Below, piece by piece: positions 62,773 to 64,000 of a stretch of DNA of 64,000 nucleotides. The notes beneath the pieces are model-generated. The model searched no databases. It saw nothing but the letters and a program-made list of their open reading frames with translations, and had not been told where the DNA came from. Source of the DNA: an uncultured Actinomycetota bacterium (GTDB lineage Bacteria; Actinomycetota; Actinomycetes; Propionibacteriales; Propionibacteriaceae); assembly GCA_963707005.1 (NCBI GenBank), contig CAVPPP010000046.1:111863-175862 (forward strand), given 5' to 3'. Position 1 is the stretch's first letter; each line of letters starts with the position of its first letter. Position numbers and translations under genes: made by a program.

Positions 62773-63333
62773 GAGTTCGGCCTACAACTGGTAGGGCGGG
62801 ACATAACGTCAGCCTAGAGCGGGCGAGGACGCGGCAACACCAACGAAGGTCTAGGCACGCACCGCCGAAAGGTGGTGGATCTGCCGATGACGACCCTTCC
62901 GATGGCGCAGAACAATGGCTGCTCGGCCGAAGCGCGACATCACCCGCCGCAGCCATCGTGGAGCCATGACCACCGAGGCCGACTTCACCTTAAGCAACAG
63001 ATCAGCGGCCTCGCCAAGATCGTTGATCGACGCAGTCCCACCTGTGTCGACAGAACCACGCGTGGGCGCCGGGTCTCAGCCGTCCGCGGTGTCCTCCGCC
63101 GGGGACGTGCATCAGATCTCGATGCCGCTACAGACCGACCGCGGCTGCCGGGTGGCCGAACCCGTCTCAGAGTTTCACGCGTGGCTCACCGACATTCCCG
63201 ACCAGGCCGTCCTGCTGATCTACCGGACGCTCCTCGACTGCCTGAACCCACGTTGACCCGGTCAGCCGCCGTTCCATGGCCTCGACCGCCGGTCGACGAC
63301 ACCACACCACCCTCGAATCATCGGAGACCAACC

Positions 63334-63960
63334 ATGTCCAACCCTGTTCCAGCCACGCTCTATCGCATCGCGGCAGTCGCCGGCTGCGGAAGCGCCGCGG
63401 TCCTCCTCCTCAACGCTGCCAAGCGCGCCGAGCTCGTCCCCAGCTCGTCCTTCACCCAGCTGATCGCCCCGGTCGCTGAGATCCTCGCCCTGGCCATGGT
63501 CACGGCCCTCTACCTCGCCTTCGGTCGCCGCACCGGCACCTTCGGCCTCATCGCCTACTGCCTGAACGCGATCGCCCTCGCCTCGCTTATCGGGGTCGAG
63601 TTCGTCATCAACCTCGTCTTCAAGGCGCTGCCCGGCGCCACCGTCCAAGACCTCCGTGCCGGCCCGCTCGGTGTCGCGCTGACCGCCGCCTCGATGCTGT
63701 TCTTGATCGGCACCCTCAGCTTCGTCGCCGCCATGCTGCAAAGCCGAGAGATACCGACGATTCCGCTGGTCCTGTACGCGATCGGCGCCATCCCCGTCGC
63801 ACTGCGAGCGTTCGTCCCCGAGACCGTCCTCGATCTCGGTCTCGCCGTCCTGGCGATCGGCATCGGCTGGCTGGCCATCTGGCTGTTCACCCGGTCCCGC
63901 CACATCACGCCCTGGACCACGACCACCCCACCGCCGGTGCGCGAGCACAGCACCGTCTAG
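63334..63960 (+). CDS. hypothetical polytopic membrane protein
   Basis: GGAGACC RBS. 208 aa with 5-6 TM helices. Confidence 0.45.
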   Translation: MSNPVPATLYRIAAVAGCGSAAVLLLNAAKRAELVPSSSFTQLIAPVAEILALAMVTALYLAFGRRTGTFGLIAYCLNAIALASLIGVEFVINLVFKALPGATVQDLRAGPLGVALTAASMLFLIGTLSFVAAMLQSREIPTIPLVLYAIGAIPVALRAFVPETVLDLGLAVLAIGIGWLAIWLFTRSRHITPWTTTTPPPVREHSTV

Positions 63961-64000
63961 ATCACCCACCAGCCAAGCACCCGCCCTAGCCAACCGGGGA

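Overview
This window is a high-GC (~70%) actinobacterial chromosomal segment with no rRNA, tRNA or CRISPR array detected by eye. Most recognisable genes relate to respiration, redox and stress. They include a 7Fe ferredoxin (fdxA), cytochrome c oxidase subunit I (ctaD), a quinol-type nitric oxide reductase, and a Ca/cation P-type ATPase divergent from a universal stress protein gene. There are also three further universal stress protein genes (one decayed), three DUF3040 genes, two SPFH/band-7 genes, cupins, a PPOX-family protein, an FAD monooxygenase, a P450 and a D-amino-acid-dehydrogenase-like oxidoreductase. Regulators are numerous: MarR x2, TetR x2, PucR, DksA/TraR, ANTAR, two paralogous wHTH proteins, and a NarL-type two-component pair. 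Three patterns stand out. (1) Many conserved genes carry single-base frameshifts (ctaD, ATPase, qNOR x2, P450, TetR x2, sensor kinase x2, ISL3 transposase, mrpE/F/G). This means either genome decay or assembly indel errors. (2) The region at 34.4-37 kb is a rearrangement hotspot, with a low-GC patch, an ISL3 end remnant, an IS110 transposase remnant and a 625-bp duplicate of the dadA-like 3' end. It is followed by a decayed mrpEFG remnant. (3) A lower-GC island (~55-61% GC, ~51.6-58.2 kb; GC estimated by eye on sampled stretches) lies next to an ISL3 element. It encodes an uncharacterised set of envelope proteins: an S1-like pseudoprotease with two TM helices, a 692-aa lipoprotein, a two-TM protein and a secreted SH3b-like protein. 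A membrane-tethered HTH-TM-SH3b regulator is adjacent. A palindrome TATCG-N5-CGATA recurs in four promoter regions and suggests a small regulon.
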